Translations under genes and position numbers: made by a program
NCBI GenBank assembly: GCA_035297365.1
Contig: DATGZA010000012.1
Span: 1-41,324 of the forward strand
Length of the DNA: 41,324 bases
Direction: 5' to 3'
DNA from: Nitrososphaeraceae archaeon
GTDB lineage: Archaea > Thermoproteota > Nitrososphaeria > Nitrososphaerales > Nitrososphaeraceae
The notes under the pieces: generated by a model
Database searches by the model: none
What the model was told of the DNA's origin: nothing
Seen by the model: only the letters and a program-made list of their open reading frames with translations
Shown: positions 39,505 through 41,324 of the stretch, piece after piece
How the letters are laid out: every line of letters begins with the position of its first letter
How positions within the stretch are numbered: the stretch's first letter is position 1

Positions 39505-41324
39505 GTGGAACAATCTGCACTCTCGAATGAAGAAATAACCTTATTGAAAAAACATGGAGTAGAATTCCAAAAATGGCTTGATTCTGAAACTGGAAAAAAA
39601 GAGATGCAAGACCATCGGGACCATTCAAATTATTTTAAATCAAATTTGTCCTCACAAAACCTTCCTAAAATGCCAAAATCTGATTTAGTAGAATTATACA
39701 AGAATTTATGGGCAAGCCATGTCTGGAAAAATAAGGATTGGAATATTAATCAAATTATAGAGAAAAATGGTTTTGACAACTTAAAAAATCAATTATATCA
39801 ATTGCTTCATGGGACTGAATCCTTTGAAAGAAGATATGATTCTTTTAGAGAAAAAATCAAGGGATTTGGAATATCCATTATTTCAGAAATCTTGAATATG
39901 ATACACCCAGAAAATTATTGTTTATGGAATAAGAAAACAAAAACTGTTTTACAATTTTTGAATTTAAAACAGAATCTTCCAGAAAGGCTTTTTAAATATA
40001 ATCTTTTAACTGGTCATGAATATTCCCAATGTGTAGGATATTTAAATACAATAAAAAACGAATTATCATCTTTTCAAATTGTAGATTTTGTAGACCTTGA
40101 TATCTTTTTCTGGTATATTCATGAAAATATTATTCCTGGAGATTGGAAAAAAGATTCAAAGTTAGAATATGAGGAGGAACAAGAACCTGATGAATTACAA
40201 GAAAAGAAGAATATTATTGATTTAGAAAAATTAATTATAGAATTTGATAAAAATAGGGAACTCTTCGGAAAAGGGAAAATAACAGAAAAAGAAGCTATGG
40301 AACTTAGGTCACAATTTGTTTCAGATTTTCCTGCAGATAAAATCCTGGATATTGAAATCGATAATTACGTTGTGGGAAAAAAACTTGCAGATACAAAAGA
40401 ACCTAACAGAAGAACTTTTTGTTATAGATTAGAATTTGAATTAGATGGCTTTGGTAATATAGGAGGAATAAATGCAATAAAATTTGGAATCTACTATTCT
40501 CCTAAAGACAAAAAATATGTATACCATGAGGATAAATTCCGGTCTGCTGAAGAAGCATACAGAAAGATTCTGTCTCAAATTAATATGCTCTTAAGGAGCG
40601 GAACACAATTTACAGAAGAAGATGACTGGAAAAAATTATCTGATACATTTGAGAGAGTTGACACAATTAAAAGCGTAATTAAATCAAAAATACTATCTGT
40701 TTATTTTCCCAACTCTATTGTATCGATTAATAGCGAAAATGGAATTAAACAAATTCTCAAAACACTATTTCAAATTCCAGATGAGGAAATAAAAGAAGAA
40801 TTTATTCTAAAAAAACAAAAACTTTGGGAATTAAAACAAAATCATCCAATCATGAGACACTGGAGTAATTTTGATTATTCCAATTTTGCCTGGTATGCAT
40901 GGAAGAATTCTTTAAATCCTTCCAATAAAATATTAAGTCAACAGAAACCGGTATACACAAATGAATTTGACACAAAGTTTTGGGTTGTCAGAGCCGGAAG
41001 CGGTGGAGCGGAAGAAAATGATGCTTTAGGAAATGATGTTGCCACAATACATTGGAATGGGCTATCTGATATTTCTGAATTTAAAGATAGAGATAATCTA
41101 AAATCATATTATAGAAGAGTCTTTTCAGATGAAAATGACGGCGAAGCAGCTGCAGGGGCAGGACAAGTATGGTCTTTTCTCAATGAAATAAAGAAAGATG
41201 ATATTGTAATTCTTCCATTAATGTCTAAACATACTAAGACGGTTGCTATTGGTGTCATTATAGGAGATTATGAATTTAGAGAAATTACACCTGACGTAAA
41301 GCATATAAGAAAAGTAAAATGGTT
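39505..41324 (+). CDS. Partial multidomain McrB/Mrr-like modification-dependent restriction protein (N-terminal reader domains), truncated by the window edge
   Basis: GTG at 39505 opens a stop-free frame of at least 606 codons. Motifs: KGFGISIISEILNMIHPENYCLWN..DLDIFFWY; FVSDFP..NYVVG..TFCYRLE..GNIGGINAIKFGIYY..KILSVYFP; FWVVRAGSGG..GQVWSFLNEIKKDDIVILP..AIGVIIGDY..HIRKVKW. Confidence 0.8.
   Translation, partial: MEQSALSNEEITLLKKHGVEFQKWLDSETGKKEMQDHRDHSNYFKSNLSSQNLPKMPKSDLVELYKNLWASHVWKNKDWNINQIIEKNGFDNLKNQLYQLLHGTESFERRYDSFREKIKGFGISIISEILNMIHPENYCLWNKKTKTVLQFLNLKQNLPERLFKYNLLTGHEYSQCVGYLNTIKNELSSFQIVDFVDLDIFFWYIHENIIPGDWKKDSKLEYEEEQEPDELQEKKNIIDLEKLIIEFDKNRELFGKGKITEKEAMELRSQFVSDFPADKILDIEIDNYVVGKKLADTKEPNRRTFCYRLEFELDGFGNIGGINAIKFGIYYSPKDKKYVYHEDKFRSAEEAYRKILSQINMLLRSGTQFTEEDDWKKLSDTFERVDTIKSVIKSKILSVYFPNSIVSINSENGIKQILKTLFQIPDEEIKEEFILKKQKLWELKQNHPIMRHWSNFDYSNFAWYAWKNSLNPSNKILSQQKPVYTNEFDTKFWVVRAGSGGAEENDALGNDVATIHWNGLSDISEFKDRDNLKSYYRRVFSDENDGEAAAGAGQVWSFLNEIKKDDIVILPLMSKHTKTVAIGVIIGDYEFREITPDVKHIRKVKW

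Larger units (their letters stand above)
33339..41324. mobile_element. tRNA-integrated mobile element; right end lies outside the window
   Basis: Integrase next to tRNA-Thr, small DNA-binding regulators, replication-type ATPase with iterons and defence-like cargo; core genes stop at the tRNA. Confidence 0.88.

Overview
AT-rich archaeal chromosomal segment. Gene content (RadA, TFE, ADP-forming 4-hydroxybutyrate-CoA ligase, GTP cyclohydrolase III riboflavin operon, BHB-intron tRNA) points to an ammonia-oxidising Nitrososphaerota (Thaumarchaeota), most like Ca. Nitrosocosmicus. Bases 1-16000 mix core genes with decayed accessory DNA: two multiply disrupted pseudogenes, a transposase relic, two small ORFs missing from the ORF track and a two-intron tRNA-Trp. 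Bases 16000-33340 are core metabolism (riboflavin operon with an embedded amidohydrolase, solo Cas4-like nuclease, rtcB, rps11, thiL, phosphohexomutase). From tRNA-Thr(CGT) at 33265 to the window end lies an integrated mobile element: tyrosine integrase, a divergent frameshifted regulator-like gene, RHH and AbrB-like genes, a P-loop ATPase/helicase ending in inverted 9-bp iteron arrays (probable origin), an HTH-helical protein, and an open frame of at least 606 codons (39505 to the edge, absent from the ORF track) carrying three stacked McrB/Mrr-type DNA-reader domains. The layout resembles a phage-satellite (PICI-like) island with type IV restriction cargo. No CRISPR array or rRNA was seen. 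Family calls come from motif recognition by eye, not database searches.
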